From Candidatus Omnitrophica bacterium UBA6253 (lineage in GTDB: Bacteria; Omnitrophota; Gorgyraeia; Gygaellales; Profunditerraquicolaceae): 64,000 nt of DNA. The notes under the pieces were generated by a model. That model saw nothing but the letters and a program-made list of their open reading frames with translations, ran no database searches and was not told the DNA's origin. The stretch lies in contig DJVP01000011.1 in assembly GCA_002441245.1 (NCBI GenBank), forward strand, positions 129,722 to 193,721, written 5' to 3'. Below, piece after piece: positions 21,876-32,300 of this stretch; the stretch's first letter is position 1; the number at the start of each line of letters is the position of its first letter. The translations under genes and the position numbers were made by a program.

Positions 21876-21910
21876 AAGGCTACCAATTAAATTGGTAGCC
21901 TTTATTTTAT
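21876..21910 (+). terminator. Intrinsic terminator after secG
   Basis: Near-perfect palindrome aaggctaccaatt-a-aattggtagcctt followed by tattttatt. Confidence 0.7.
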
Positions 21911-21916
21911 TAAGCG

Positions 21917-23062
21917 ATGAAGAATAAAAAACTTTTTTGGGTATTTGCCCTAAGCAGCGCGGTTTATTTTACCCAAGGCATAGAAGGACTGCCTAGCCAG
22001 GGGTTATTCTATTATCTTAAAGAGGTTTTGCATTTATCTCCGGAGAAGATAATGTTTCTTGGTAGCTTGACTACCTTTGCCTGGATGGTCAAGCCCCTGA
22101 TTGGTTATGGCATAGACCATATTTTTACTAAAAGATGCTGGGTATTTATCTCCCTGGCACTAGACATAGTTTTTGTCCTATTTTTAGGCCTGATGCAGAT
22201 GCCGCTTATTTTCCTAGTGATTTTGTTGGCGGTTAATTCCGCCAGTACTGCCTTCCGTGATGTTGCAGTTGACGGGATAATGTGCGTGGAGGGAAAGAAA
22301 TACCAGGCTACCGGCAAGATCCAGAGTATCCAGTGGGTTTCGATCTTGGTAGCGGGATTATTTACCGGCATAGGAGGGGCTTTTATCGCTGAGAAATGGG
22401 ATTATAAGATTGGTTTCTTGTGCCTTGTGCCGGTTTATTTATTAGTAGCCTTGCCGGCTTATTTTTACCGTGGGGAACCCGGAGAAAAGAAGTACGCTTC
22501 TTTATTGATTGATTTAAAGAAACTTTTTAGCGATAAGAAATTACTGGTTATCGGATTATTCGTTTTTCTGTATAAATATGCTCCTTCTTTTGGCACGCCG
22601 TTACTTTTTATTCAAAGGGATGCGTTTAAGTGGGGCAAGATGTGGATTGGTACATTAGGGGCGATCAGTATGGTATGTGGGATTATCGGCTCGCTGCTTT
22701 ATTACAGATTCAGCCAGAGAATAAATATCAAGCGATGGTTGTTTTTTTCAGTATTTTTGGGTGCCTTGACTACTTTAAGCTATCTTTACTATACTCCTGT
22801 AACTGCGGTTGCTTATGATGTAGTTTACAGCTTTCTGGGTATGTTTATATTCCTGATGGTTATGGATTTTATGGCCCGGCATTCGATTGAAGGTTTAGAA
22901 GCAACCTCGTTTGCCTTGTTGTGCAGCATAAATAACCTCTCTGGAGTAGCCGGTAATTTATCCGGTGCATTTTTACTTCCGCATATTGGTTTAAAATGGT
23001 TGATTGTTTTGTCTGCATTGACCAGTTTTCTTTGTTTGCCGTTGATCCGAAAAATAGAGTAG
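21917..23062 (+). CDS. MFS-type transporter (folate-biopterin transporter-like)
   Basis: About 12 predicted TM helices. Family assignment is weak. Confidence 0.45.
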   Translation: MKNKKLFWVFALSSAVYFTQGIEGLPSQGLFYYLKEVLHLSPEKIMFLGSLTTFAWMVKPLIGYGIDHIFTKRCWVFISLALDIVFVLFLGLMQMPLIFLVILLAVNSASTAFRDVAVDGIMCVEGKKYQATGKIQSIQWVSILVAGLFTGIGGAFIAEKWDYKIGFLCLVPVYLLVALPAYFYRGEPGEKKYASLLIDLKKLFSDKKLLVIGLFVFLYKYAPSFGTPLLFIQRDAFKWGKMWIGTLGAISMVCGIIGSLLYYRFSQRINIKRWLFFSVFLGALTTLSYLYYTPVTAVAYDVVYSFLGMFIFLMVMDFMARHSIEGLEATSFALLCSINNLSGVAGNLSGAFLLPHIGLKWLIVLSALTSFLCLPLIRKIE

Positions 23063-23166
23063 GAGCAGTTAATTATAATTGTTGTATTTGGTTTGGTAGC
23101 AGGTTTGGTAGACAGTGTATCTAACTTGTTGAAACTAATTAAATTATAAAAGAAATAAATTTCATG

Positions 23167-23216
23167 TATTTGTTTTGTAACTAGTTGATTCACAAATGGA
23201 TATGTACACTGTCTAT
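23167..23216 (+). promoter_or_regulatory. Bipartite motif copy D (TATTTGTTTTGTAAC-N19-TATGTACACTGTCTAT) upstream of marC-glgC
   Basis: 19-nt spacer. Preceded by a GGTTTGGTAG tandem repeat. Confidence 0.55.
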
Positions 23217-23281
23217 GGATCTGCTACGGATCTGTTTACGGATTTATTTATATTGCGTTTTAGCGGGTGATTTTATATAAT

Positions 23282-23887
23282 ATGGATATGATGGAAGCGT
23301 TTAGGCCGTATATACTTAGTTTTATTCCGATGTTTGTGGCGGTGGATGCGATCGGCAATATCCCTATTTTTTTGTCCCTGGTTGAAGGGACATCAAAAAC
23401 TCAAAGGCATAAGATAATCCTGGATGCGGTTGTTACTGCTATTGTGGCAGCGGTTATTTTTATGTTTATAGGCAAGTGGGTTTTTTTGCTTTTAGGCATA
23501 ACTATTCCTGATTTTCAAATTGCCGGCGGTGTGTTATTGTTTGTTATTGCGGCGCGGCTTTTGTTGCCGGGAGCGCAGAAAAGCGTATTAACTAGTTCCC
23601 GTGATAAAGATATTGGCGTATTCCCGCTGGGGACGCCTTTAATCACAGGTCCTGCGGTTTTGACTACTACGCTGATGATGATGAACAGCTTTGGCGTTGC
23701 GGCCACATTAGTTTCGTTAATATTAAATATGTTTTTTGTCTGGATTACTTTGATTAAGACTGATACAATTATGAAGGTGATCGGCCCCAGCGGTATAAGG
23801 GCATTTTCCAAGATAATTTATATATTGTTGGCGGCGATCGCGGTGATGATGATAAGGATTGGTATAATTGGGGCATTTATTAAATGA
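23282..23887 (+). CDS. MarC-family (UPF0056) integral membrane protein
   Basis: [14 protein letters not shown] motif, about 200 aa, six TM helices. The ORF begins at GTG 23267; first in-frame ATG is at 23282. Confidence 0.7.
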   Translation: MDMMEAFRPYILSFIPMFVAVDAIGNIPIFLSLVEGTSKTQRHKIILDAVVTAIVAAVIFMFIGKWVFLLLGITIPDFQIAGGVLLFVIAARLLLPGAQKSVLTSSRDKDIGVFPLGTPLITGPAVLTTTLMMMNSFGVAATLVSLILNMFFVWITLIKTDTIMKVIGPSGIRAFSKIIYILLAAIAVMMIRIGIIGAFIK

Positions 23888-25107
23888 TGCGTAAGGTATT
23901 AACATTTATTATGGCGGGGGGCAAGGGTGAGCGGCTCCTGCCTTTGACTAAAGACCGTACAAAGCCGGCGGTCCCTTTTGGCGGGATATACCGGATTATT
24001 GATTTTACTTTAAGTAATTGCATTAATTCAGGGATGCGCAAGATTTATATCCTTACCCAGTATAAATCCGCATCTTTGCAGAGGCATATCCGACTGGGGT
24101 GGAATTTTCTTCCTTCGGAGCTGGGGCAATTTATAGAATTGCTTCCCGCGCAGCAGCGGGTCGGGGATTCTTGGTATATGGGTACGGCTGACGCGATCTT
24201 TCAGAATCTCTATGCCCTGGAAATGGACAAGCCGGATGAGGTTTTGATTTTAGCCGGGGACCATATTTATAAAATGAATTATTACTCCATGATTGATGTG
24301 CACCGGGAGCAAAATGCGGACCTGACGGTGGGGGTAGTGGAGATAGATAAAAGTAAATCAAAGCATCTCGGTGTGGTTGAGGCAGATGCGGGTGGCCGGG
24401 TTACGGGTTTTTATGAGAAGCCGTCAAATCCTAAAACTATCCCCGGAAAACCAGATAAGATTTATGGCTCAATGGGGATATATGTGTTCAACCAGTCTGT
24501 GTTGATGCAAGAACTGCTTGAGGATGCTAAAAACAGTAAGTCTTCGCATGATTTCGGTAAAGATATAATTCCCCAGATGTTGAAGAAAGGCATGAAGGTT
24601 GTGGCGTATAATTTCCGCGATAAAGACAGGAATGAAGAGTATTGGAGGGATATCGGGACAATTGACGCTTACTATGAAGCCAACATGGAGTTAATCCAGG
24701 TTAATCCCACATTTAATCTTTATGACCAGGAGTGGCCGCTTAGGACTTTTCAGGAGCAGTATCCTCCGGTTAAGACTGTGCACTCCGGAGACCGTGAAGA
24801 GGGTAGGGTTGGGTTGGTACTCGATTCAATAGTTTCTGAAGGCTGTGTGGTTTCCGGGGGCAGGGTACAGCGTTCTATACTTTCGCCTAATGTGAGGATA
24901 AATAGTTTTTCCGAGGTGTATGATTCCATTCTAATGGAAGGTGTTAATGTGGGCAGGTATGCTAAAATTAAGCGGGCGATTATCGATAAAGACATCAGTA
25001 TTCCTCAGGGGATGATTATTGGTTTTAACCTGGAAGAGGACAAAAAAAGGTTTTTTGTCAGCGAGTCGGGTATTGTAGTTGTAGCAAAAGGCACAGAAAT
25101 TAAGTAG
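23884..25107 (+). CDS. glgC: Glucose-1-phosphate adenylyltransferase
   Basis: [13 protein letters not shown] nucleotidyltransferase N-terminus and a left-handed beta-helix C-terminus. 407 aa. Confidence 0.9.
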   Translation: MMRKVLTFIMAGGKGERLLPLTKDRTKPAVPFGGIYRIIDFTLSNCINSGMRKIYILTQYKSASLQRHIRLGWNFLPSELGQFIELLPAQQRVGDSWYMGTADAIFQNLYALEMDKPDEVLILAGDHIYKMNYYSMIDVHREQNADLTVGVVEIDKSKSKHLGVVEADAGGRVTGFYEKPSNPKTIPGKPDKIYGSMGIYVFNQSVLMQELLEDAKNSKSSHDFGKDIIPQMLKKGMKVVAYNFRDKDRNEEYWRDIGTIDAYYEANMELIQVNPTFNLYDQEWPLRTFQEQYPPVKTVHSGDREEGRVGLVLDSIVSEGCVVSGGRVQRSILSPNVRINSFSEVYDSILMEGVNVGRYAKIKRAIIDKDISIPQGMIIGFNLEEDKKRFFVSESGIVVVAKGTEIK

Positions 25108-25108
25108 G

Positions 25109-25567
25109 GTGGTTTTGATGATTAGGAAAGCGAAGATAAAGGATATAAAACAAATCCAGGAGCTAATTGCTTGTTTTGCCAGGCGGGATGAAATGCTGCC
25201 CAGGTCGCTGAATGAGCTTTATGAAAATATAAGGGATTTTTGGGTATATGAAGACAGGGGCAGGGTGGCTGGTTGCGCGGCCCTGCATGTTTCCTGGGAT
25301 GATTTAGCTGAGGTGAAAGCTTTAGCGGTTGCTAAGAATAAGCAAGGCAAGGGGATTGGCCGGGACCTGGTAGCAGCTTGCCTTGCGGAAGCTGAGGTCA
25401 TGGGGGCAAAAAAGGTTTTTGTGCTAACATATAAGCCTAAGTTTTTTAAAAAGATAGGTTTCAGGAAAATCAAACACGAGTCCCTTCCGCATAAGATTTG
25501 GGCGGAGTGTATAAACTGCTGTAAATTCCCCAACTGCCAGGAAATTGCCCTGTTAAAAATCTTGTAA
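25109..25567 (+). CDS. GNAT N-acetyltransferase, short-form N-acetylglutamate synthase (ArgA, Rv2747-like), with an extra C-terminal Cys cluster
   Basis: Strong similarity to short single-domain ArgA (FWVYE...GCAALHVSWDDLAEVKALAV...VFVLT). Ends in CINCCKFPNC. Confidence 0.65.
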   Translation: MVLMIRKAKIKDIKQIQELIACFARRDEMLPRSLNELYENIRDFWVYEDRGRVAGCAALHVSWDDLAEVKALAVAKNKQGKGIGRDLVAACLAEAEVMGAKKVFVLTYKPKFFKKIGFRKIKHESLPHKIWAECINCCKFPNCQEIALLKIL

Positions 25568-25615
25568 AATAATCTTTTTATGTTATAATTCTAAGATTAA
25601 TTAAAGGGAGGAAAA

Positions 25616-26767
25616 ATGGATTATTTGTTGACTGATGAGCAGAAGATGATTAAAGAGTTGGCGCATAAGATTGCCGAAGATAAGATCCGGCCGGCTGCGG
25701 CTAAATATGATATCAGCGAAGAGTATCCCTGGGATGTTTTAAAGGTTATGGCAGAATCAGATATGTTTGGTTTATTTATCCCTGAGGAGTACGGCGGATT
25801 TGCGACCAGTGTCCTTAATTTGTGCCTTGCTACCGAGGAGTTTTCCCGGGCCTGCGGCGGCATCGCAGTCTGCTATGCAGCCAGCGCCCTGGGGACCTTC
25901 CCGATTGTTTTATTCGGGACTGATGAGCAGAAGAAGAAATACCTGCCGGATTTAGCAAAGGGTAAGAAGGTAGCTGCATTTGCAATTACTGAGCCGGAAG
26001 CAGGATCAGATGCTTCAGGGATTAAGACCACCGCTAAAAAAGAAGGGGATTATTACATTTTAAATGGCCTCAAGCATTTTATTACTAATGGCGGAGACGC
26101 GGAGACTTATGTTGTAATCGCCATGACCAATAAATCAAAAGGAGCCCGTGGAGCTTCCGCGTTTATTGTAGAGAAGGGGACGCCGGGTTTTACTTTTGGG
26201 AAAAAAGAAGATAAGTTTGGTATTCGCGCATCCAGTACGCGTGAGTTAATTTTTACGGACTGCAAGATTCCTGCGAAAAACCTTCTTTCTAAAGAAGGCA
26301 TGGGGTTTATTGTCACTATGAAAACTTTTGATATGTCTCGCCCGGGAGTTGCGGCTCAGGCTTTAGGCATTGCTCAGGGGGCTTTGGAACTTGCGGTAAA
26401 ATATGTACGTGAGAGAGTGCAGTTTGGTAAATCTATATCGAGTTTTCAGGGTATCCAATGGATGCTGGCGGATATGGCAACTGAAGTTGAGGCAGCGCGC
26501 GGTTTAGTTTATTCTACTGCCAGGATGGTTGATGCCGGTATCAAGGATGTGGCAAAAGAATCCGCAATGGCTAAGATGTATGCTTCAGATGTGGCGATGA
26601 GGGTTACGGTAGATGCCCTGCAGTTATTCGGCGGGTATGGTTATATGAAAGATTATCCGATTGAGAAATATGTACGCGATGCCAAGATTACCCAGATTTA
26701 CGAAGGAACAAATCAGGTGCAGCGCAATATTATAGCTTTGGCATTGATTAAGGAAATGGCGAAGTAA
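25616..26767 (+). CDS. Acyl-CoA dehydrogenase (butyryl-CoA dehydrogenase type)
   Basis: ACAD N-terminal, middle and C-terminal domains and a catalytic Glu region (YEGTNQVQ). AGGGAGG RBS. Confidence 0.9.
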   Translation: MDYLLTDEQKMIKELAHKIAEDKIRPAAAKYDISEEYPWDVLKVMAESDMFGLFIPEEYGGFATSVLNLCLATEEFSRACGGIAVCYAASALGTFPIVLFGTDEQKKKYLPDLAKGKKVAAFAITEPEAGSDASGIKTTAKKEGDYYILNGLKHFITNGGDAETYVVIAMTNKSKGARGASAFIVEKGTPGFTFGKKEDKFGIRASSTRELIFTDCKIPAKNLLSKEGMGFIVTMKTFDMSRPGVAAQALGIAQGALELAVKYVRERVQFGKSISSFQGIQWMLADMATEVEAARGLVYSTARMVDAGIKDVAKESAMAKMYASDVAMRVTVDALQLFGGYGYMKDYPIEKYVRDAKITQIYEGTNQVQRNIIALALIKEMAK

Positions 26768-26842
26768 AGTAAGTAATAATAGTTAAGTATAAGTAATATT
26801 AAGTAAGTTTGAGTAAGTAAGATAATTAGATAGGATAAAGAA

Positions 26843-27625
26843 ATGAATATAGTGGTTTGCATAAAACAGGTTCCTGAAACAACTGAGGTAAGGATCAATC
26901 CGGAGACAAATACGCTTATGCGAGAAGGGGTAAAATCAATTATAAATCCCTTTGATATGTATGCAATTGAGGAGGCGGTACGGCTTAAGGAGAGGTTCGG
27001 AGGAAAGGTCTCTGTTTTGACAATGGGGCCGCCGCAGGCAGACGGCGCCTTGCGCGAGGCAATTTCCATGGGGGCTGATGAAGGGTTTCTGGTTTGTGAT
27101 CGCGCCTTTGCTGGAAGCGACACCTGGGCAACCAGCTATACTTTGGCCGGGGCAATTAAGAAATTGGGAGCGTTTGATTTGATTATTTGCGGCAAGCAGG
27201 CTTCGGATGGAGATACGGCGCAGGTTGGCCCGGGTATATCTACACATTTGGATATTCCTCAAGTAACTTATGTTAAGAAAATAGAAGAGGCAACTGATAA
27301 AATAATGAAGGTTGAGAGGATGCTGGAGGAAGGGTATGAGATTATTGAGACTCCTCTTCCTGCGCTTTTGACCGTGGTTAAAGAGATCAATGAACCGAGG
27401 ATCCCTTCGCTAAGAGGGTTGATGAAAGCAAAGTCAGCTAAGATTACTACGCTTACTCAGAAGGAGCTGCAGTTAGATCCGCAGCAGATTGGGTTGTGTG
27501 GTTCGCCTACTCAGGTGGTAAAGATTTTTACTCCTACTCCGAGGGTTGGCGGACAGATGCTCACGGGAGAGATCCCTGATATTGCTAAGCAGCTGGCGGA
27601 TCTAGTTAAAGACGAGGTTAATTAA
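26843..27625 (+). CDS. etfB: Electron transfer flavoprotein beta subunit
   Basis: MNIVVCIKQVPE N-terminus typical of EtfB/FixA. Confidence 0.9.
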   Translation: MNIVVCIKQVPETTEVRINPETNTLMREGVKSIINPFDMYAIEEAVRLKERFGGKVSVLTMGPPQADGALREAISMGADEGFLVCDRAFAGSDTWATSYTLAGAIKKLGAFDLIICGKQASDGDTAQVGPGISTHLDIPQVTYVKKIEEATDKIMKVERMLEEGYEIIETPLPALLTVVKEINEPRIPSLRGLMKAKSAKITTLTQKELQLDPQQIGLCGSPTQVVKIFTPTPRVGGQMLTGEIPDIAKQLADLVKDEVN

Positions 27626-27626
27626 G

Positions 27627-28829
27627 ATGTCTATTGCGATTATTATCGAAAAATGTACAGGTTGCTCTCTTTGCGTAAAGGCCTGCCCATTTGATGCCAT
27701 ACGCATAATGGACAAGAAGGCTTCCATTGATTTGCATAAATGTACCCTTTGCGGTGCCTGCAAAGATGCCTGTAAGTTTAAAGCGGTTTTATTGGAGAAG
27801 ATCACCGCTAAATGCGAGCTGCCGGATATAAAAGATTATAAAAGTATTTGGGTTTTTATCGAGCAGAAGAACGGCAGGGTGCAGTCGGTTTCATATGAAT
27901 TGTTAGGCAAGGCACAGGAACTGGCGAAGAAGTTAAATTGTGATGTGAGCGGGGTTTTAATCGGCAATAAGTTAGAGGATCAATTGGATGAACTGACATT
28001 TTGCGGAGCGGATAATATATACCTGGTTGAGGCCCCGGAGTTAGCTAATTTCCAGGATGAGCCGTATACGAATATTCTTGTTGGACTGGTAAGGAAATAT
28101 AAGCCCGAGATTCTTTTATGCGGGGCGACAAATATCGGCAGGTCTTTGATTTCACGCGTGGCGATAAATATTAAAGCTGGTTTAACCGCAGATTGTACGG
28201 GCTTGGATATTGACCCGGATAAAAAGATATTATTGCAGACTCGGCCGGCATTTGGCGGCAACATTATGGCGACGATCATTTCACCGAATTACCGTCCGCA
28301 GATGGCGACAGTGCGCCATAAGGTATTTACTCCTATGGCTGCGGATAAGAAGCGCAAGGGGAAGATTATAAGGGAAAATTTTGACAGTTCGCTTTATGTA
28401 TCGCGCACCAAGCTTTTGGATATTATTGAAGAGATTGAATCTACGGTAAATTTATCCGAGGCCGATATTATTGTTTCCGGAGGGCGCGGTTTAGGCGGGG
28501 CTGAGAATTTTAAATTATTAGAAGAACTGGCGCATGCCTTGGGGGCGGCAGTCGGCTCAAGCCGCGCGGCAGTGGATAGCGGCTGGATGCCTTATTCGCA
28601 TCAGGTGGGGCAAACCGGCAGGACCGTGGCTCCAAAGATTTATATTGCCTGTGGAATAAGCGGGCAGATTCAGCATCTTGTTGGGATGCAATCTTCGAAG
28701 ATTATTATTGCTATTAACAAAGACCCCGAAGCTCCTATTTTTAAGGTAGCTACTTATGGGATTGTTGGTGACCTGTTCCAGGTTGTTCCTGCTTTAACCC
28801 AGGCTTTTAAGACGGTATTGCGTAAATAA
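27627..28829 (+). CDS. etfA: Electron transfer flavoprotein alpha subunit with an N-terminal 2x[4Fe-4S] ferredoxin domain
   Basis: CTGCSLCVKACP and CTLCGACKDAC motifs followed by an EtfA FAD-binding domain (SGGRGLG, PYSHQVGQTG). Confidence 0.9.
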   Translation: MSIAIIIEKCTGCSLCVKACPFDAIRIMDKKASIDLHKCTLCGACKDACKFKAVLLEKITAKCELPDIKDYKSIWVFIEQKNGRVQSVSYELLGKAQELAKKLNCDVSGVLIGNKLEDQLDELTFCGADNIYLVEAPELANFQDEPYTNILVGLVRKYKPEILLCGATNIGRSLISRVAINIKAGLTADCTGLDIDPDKKILLQTRPAFGGNIMATIISPNYRPQMATVRHKVFTPMAADKKRKGKIIRENFDSSLYVSRTKLLDIIEEIESTVNLSEADIIVSGGRGLGGAENFKLLEELAHALGAAVGSSRAAVDSGWMPYSHQVGQTGRTVAPKIYIACGISGQIQHLVGMQSSKIIIAINKDPEAPIFKVATYGIVGDLFQVVPALTQAFKTVLRK

Positions 28830-28855
28830 AATAATAGATAGGTTATTTAAGTGAA

Positions 28856-28908
28856 AATGAGGCTAAGCTTACTTTCTAGAAAAGTAAGCTTAGCCTCATT
28901 TATTTTCT
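28856..28908 (+). terminator. Strong intrinsic terminator after etfA
   Basis: Perfect 20-bp inverted repeat aatgaggctaagcttacttt / aaagtaagcttagcctcatt with a ctag loop, followed by tattttctt. Confidence 0.85.
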
Positions 28909-28913
28909 TACAG

Positions 28914-28963
28914 TATTTGTTCTGTAACACTATGTTATACAGTTAGTTACGTACACTGTCTAC
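28914..28963 (+). promoter_or_regulatory. Bipartite motif copy E (TATTTGTTCTGTAAC-N19-TACGTACACTGTCTAC) between the etfA terminator and the HTH-smc promoter
   Basis: 19-nt spacer. Confidence 0.55.
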
Positions 28964-29039
28964 TTTGCAAAGATATGTAGTGTTATGCGATATATCTATA
29001 TTAATCTCAACTATATGTTAAAGAATGTAAAGATTTTCC

Positions 29040-29067
29040 TTGACAAGAGAAAAACAATATGTAGAAT
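29040..29067 (+). promoter_or_regulatory. Sigma70-type promoter TTGACA-N16-TAGAAT for the HTH-smc unit
   Basis: TTGACA at 29040-29045 and TAGAAT at 29062-29067. Confidence 0.6.
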
Positions 29068-29115
29068 ATAGTATGTAGTATTCAGGTAAAAGCAAAAACA
29101 AAAATAGGAATATAA

Positions 29116-29298
29116 ATGGTGAGCAACAATTTGATGACGATTGAAGATCTTGCGGATTATTTAAAAGTAACCCGCAGGACTATTTATGATTGGCTAAAGC
29201 ATAATAAGATACCGGCGTTAAAGCTCGTTGGGCAATGGCGCTTTAAAAAAGATAAAATTGATGACTGGCTTGAAGGCCAGCAGTCGCAATCACATTAA
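29116..29298 (+). CDS. Small helix-turn-helix DNA-binding protein (excisionase/MerR-like HTH_17 type)
   Basis: 60 aa; IEDLADYLKVTRRTIYDWLKHNKIPALKLVGQWRF matches the excisionase-family HTH. Lies immediately upstream of smc. Confidence 0.6.
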   Translation: MVSNNLMTIEDLADYLKVTRRTIYDWLKHNKIPALKLVGQWRFKKDKIDDWLEGQQSQSH

Positions 29299-29312
29299 AT
29301 TAAGGAGAGGCC

Positions 29313-32300
29313 ATGTATTTTAAAAGACTGGAGTTGCTTGGTTTTAAATCATTTTGCGATAAGACGGTGCTTAATTTTGAGCCTGGGATTACGGCTGTAG
29401 TCGGGCCGAATGGCTGCGGAAAATCCAATATCTTTGATTCTATCCGCTGGGTTTTGGGAGAGCAGTCGGCAAAGTCGCTGCGCGGCTCGGAGATGCTGGA
29501 TGTTATTTTTAACGGGGCGGACAATAAAGAGCCGTTAAGTATGGCAGAGGTCAGCCTTACTTTTGACAACTCTACACGTTTTTTTAATGTTGAGCATCCT
29601 GAGGTAATGATCACACGCAGGCTTTTCAGAAGCGGCGAAAGCGAATATCTGCTGAATAAAGCTACGGTGCGGCTCAAGGATATCCTGGATTTATTGTTAG
29701 GCACGGGTATCGGCGCGGAAAGTTATTCTATTATCGCGCAGGGAAAAATTGATTTGGTTTTAAGCAGCCGCCCCGAAGACAGGCGTATGGTTTTTGATGA
29801 GGCAAGCGGAATAAGTAAATATAAATCTCAGAAAAGAGAGACTACGCGTAAATTGGAGGAAACAGAACAAAACTTGCTGCGTGTAAATGATATTGTCGCG
29901 GAGGTAAAACGGCAGATTGGCTCTCTTGAACGGCAGGCGAATAAAGCACGCAGGTATAAGGAGGTTTTTGAGGAGTTGAAGTTAAAGGAAACCGACTCGG
30001 CGATCATGGATAGAAAGAGTTTCCTGATACAAAAGGATGAGATTGCTAAGCAGCTTGAGGATTTAAAAAAAGAGGATTTGCTTTTAACTGAATCGGTCGC
30101 GGAGCTTGAAGCTAAGATCTCAAATCGGCAATCGGAGCTGAAGGTGCTGGAAGAAAGTTTGATGGCCAGCCGCAGCGAAATACTTAATCTGGAGAACAGC
30201 CTGGTGCGCAATAACGAGCACATTGCTTTTAACCAGCAGCGCATCGCGGAGTTAACCGATAATAGCCAGGTCCTGGAGGGGCAGATTGAGCAGTCAAGGA
30301 GTAAACTCCTGCAGGATGAAGAGAAACTGCAGGTGGTGCGAGTAGAATATGATAGTTTAAAGCAAAACATAGAAGATAAGCAATTTGTTTTGGTTCAGAA
30401 GGAAGAGGAGATCGACAAGCTCAGTGCTTCTATTAAAAGTTCACTGGAGGCTATTTCTGAGAGCAAAAGAATCATATTGGATTTAGAAGCCAGGATTTCA
30501 AATACCCATAATGAGGTGAGCGAGTTTAATTCCAGACATCAGGTATTCCTGGCGCGTAAAAAGAGGCTGGAGATTGAAAAGGCCAAGGTTTATGAGGAGA
30601 AGGTGATTGCCGAGGATGCCTTGAGAAAAGTTGCCCAGGAGTTGGAGAGTACCCGGGAATTAGTGGATGGCTTAAGGCAAAAGATCGCTGCCGTTAAAGC
30701 CAGCCTTGATCAGGAAGGGGTAAATCTAAACGGGATTAACCAGGAAATTACCAACCTGGAGAATGAGAAGCTAACCTTGGTTTCACATAAGGAGTTCCTG
30801 GAGAAATTAAAGAATAAATATGATGATATTGGAGAGTCGCTAAATGCGGTGATTTATCTGGATAAGCTGCCCAGGGAAAACGTTACCGGCCTGGTAGTGA
30901 AGGTTTCTAGTCAGTTATCTTTAAGTGATGAAGACAGGGTGCATTTGGCGGCGGCTTTGCCTATGGGAGGGCAAACCGCGGCTGTTGATTCAGCCGCTTT
31001 TAAGATAAGCGGAGAGGCAAAGCCAATTGAATTAGATACGCAAAATATCAGCGATAAGATCGCCAGGCTTGAAGAAAACCTGGGAGAGCTAAGAAGCAGA
31101 AAGGTTTTACGTCAAACTTGTATCTCAGAATTAAACAGTATGTCTGAAGGCCTGGAGCTTGAGCTGCGTAATCATGAAATTACTCTTGCCAATAAAGAAT
31201 CCAGCCATGCTACGATCTTAGAGCAGTTTAATAAAATAAAAGAGGAAGAGGATGTAATTGTTATGGAGTTGGGCGATGTTGGCCGTGAAATCTCCGCGAT
31301 TGAACAAAATCTAGCTGATGCCCAAGCCAGGCTCTCTAATTTGAATAATGAGGAAAGGCTAAAACAGGATTTGATCGTGCAGGAAGAGGACAGTATTTCC
31401 TTAAACAGCAAGGAGCGCGAAAAGGTGCTGGTTTTAATTACTCAGACAAAGACGGAGATTGAGGCTTTAAACAAGCGCTTTAGTTCTGACGCGGCAACTT
31501 TGAAGATTCTTGATGAAACTTATGCGCAGGATAAAGCCAGCCTTGAGAATATTGAAAGGCAGATAGCTGAAGCTAAGGAACGCCAGCAGGGTTTAGGATT
31601 TGAGATTGTTGATTGCCAGAATAAAATTAATGAAGCAGGCCTGCAGATCAAAGAGAAAAAAAGTGGGTTGCTTGAGGTTGAGCTTAGATATAATGAGGTT
31701 TCCAGCGGCACGGTGGGAGTGGTTAAACAGATTGAAACAAGCCGTAAGCACCTGGAGCAGGTTAATAAGCAGTTACATGATTTAGAGATGCAGGGTAAGG
31801 ATTTGGACTACCGCTATTCCGCGATAAAGGAGAGGATGGGCTCGGCGTATAAGATCGACCTGGACATTCTTGAGGATCCAAATAAAGAGTTGGACCGGGA
31901 TGCCCTGGCGAATGAAATCGGCGAATTAAAAAGAAAGTTAGATTCTTACGGTACAGTTAATCTTGTGGCGATTGAGGAATATGATGAATTAAAACAGCGC
32001 TACGATTTTCTCATTCAACAGCAGACTGATCTTTTAACTGCCAAGGAGTCTTTGCACCAGGCGATTTTAAAGATCAACCGTACTACAAAACAGATGTTCA
32101 TTGAGACTTTTGAAAAGGTAAAGGTGGAGTTTAAGAATTACTTCCGCCTGCTTTTTAACGGGGGTGATGCGCAGTTGTTTTTAGTTGATGAGAATGACCC
32201 GCTTGAGTCCGGGATTGAGATTATCTGCCGGCCTCCGGGAAAGAAGCTGCAGAATGTCCTCCTGTTGAGCGGCGGAGAAAAGAGTATGTCGGCGATTGCG

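Noticed and set aside
23276-23281. TATAAT hexamer directly abutting the ATG at 23282 of the marC gene
   Set aside because: A -10 box with zero spacing cannot serve that ATG. It could only be relevant if the true start is the ATG at 23288 or 23291, so I did not call it a promoter.
26764-26822. AAGTAA repeats, GGTAG repeats and SecG-tail DNA repeats as possible CRISPR or minisatellite arrays
   Set aside because: Units are 5-9 nt and irregular, with no spacer/repeat architecture and no cas genes.
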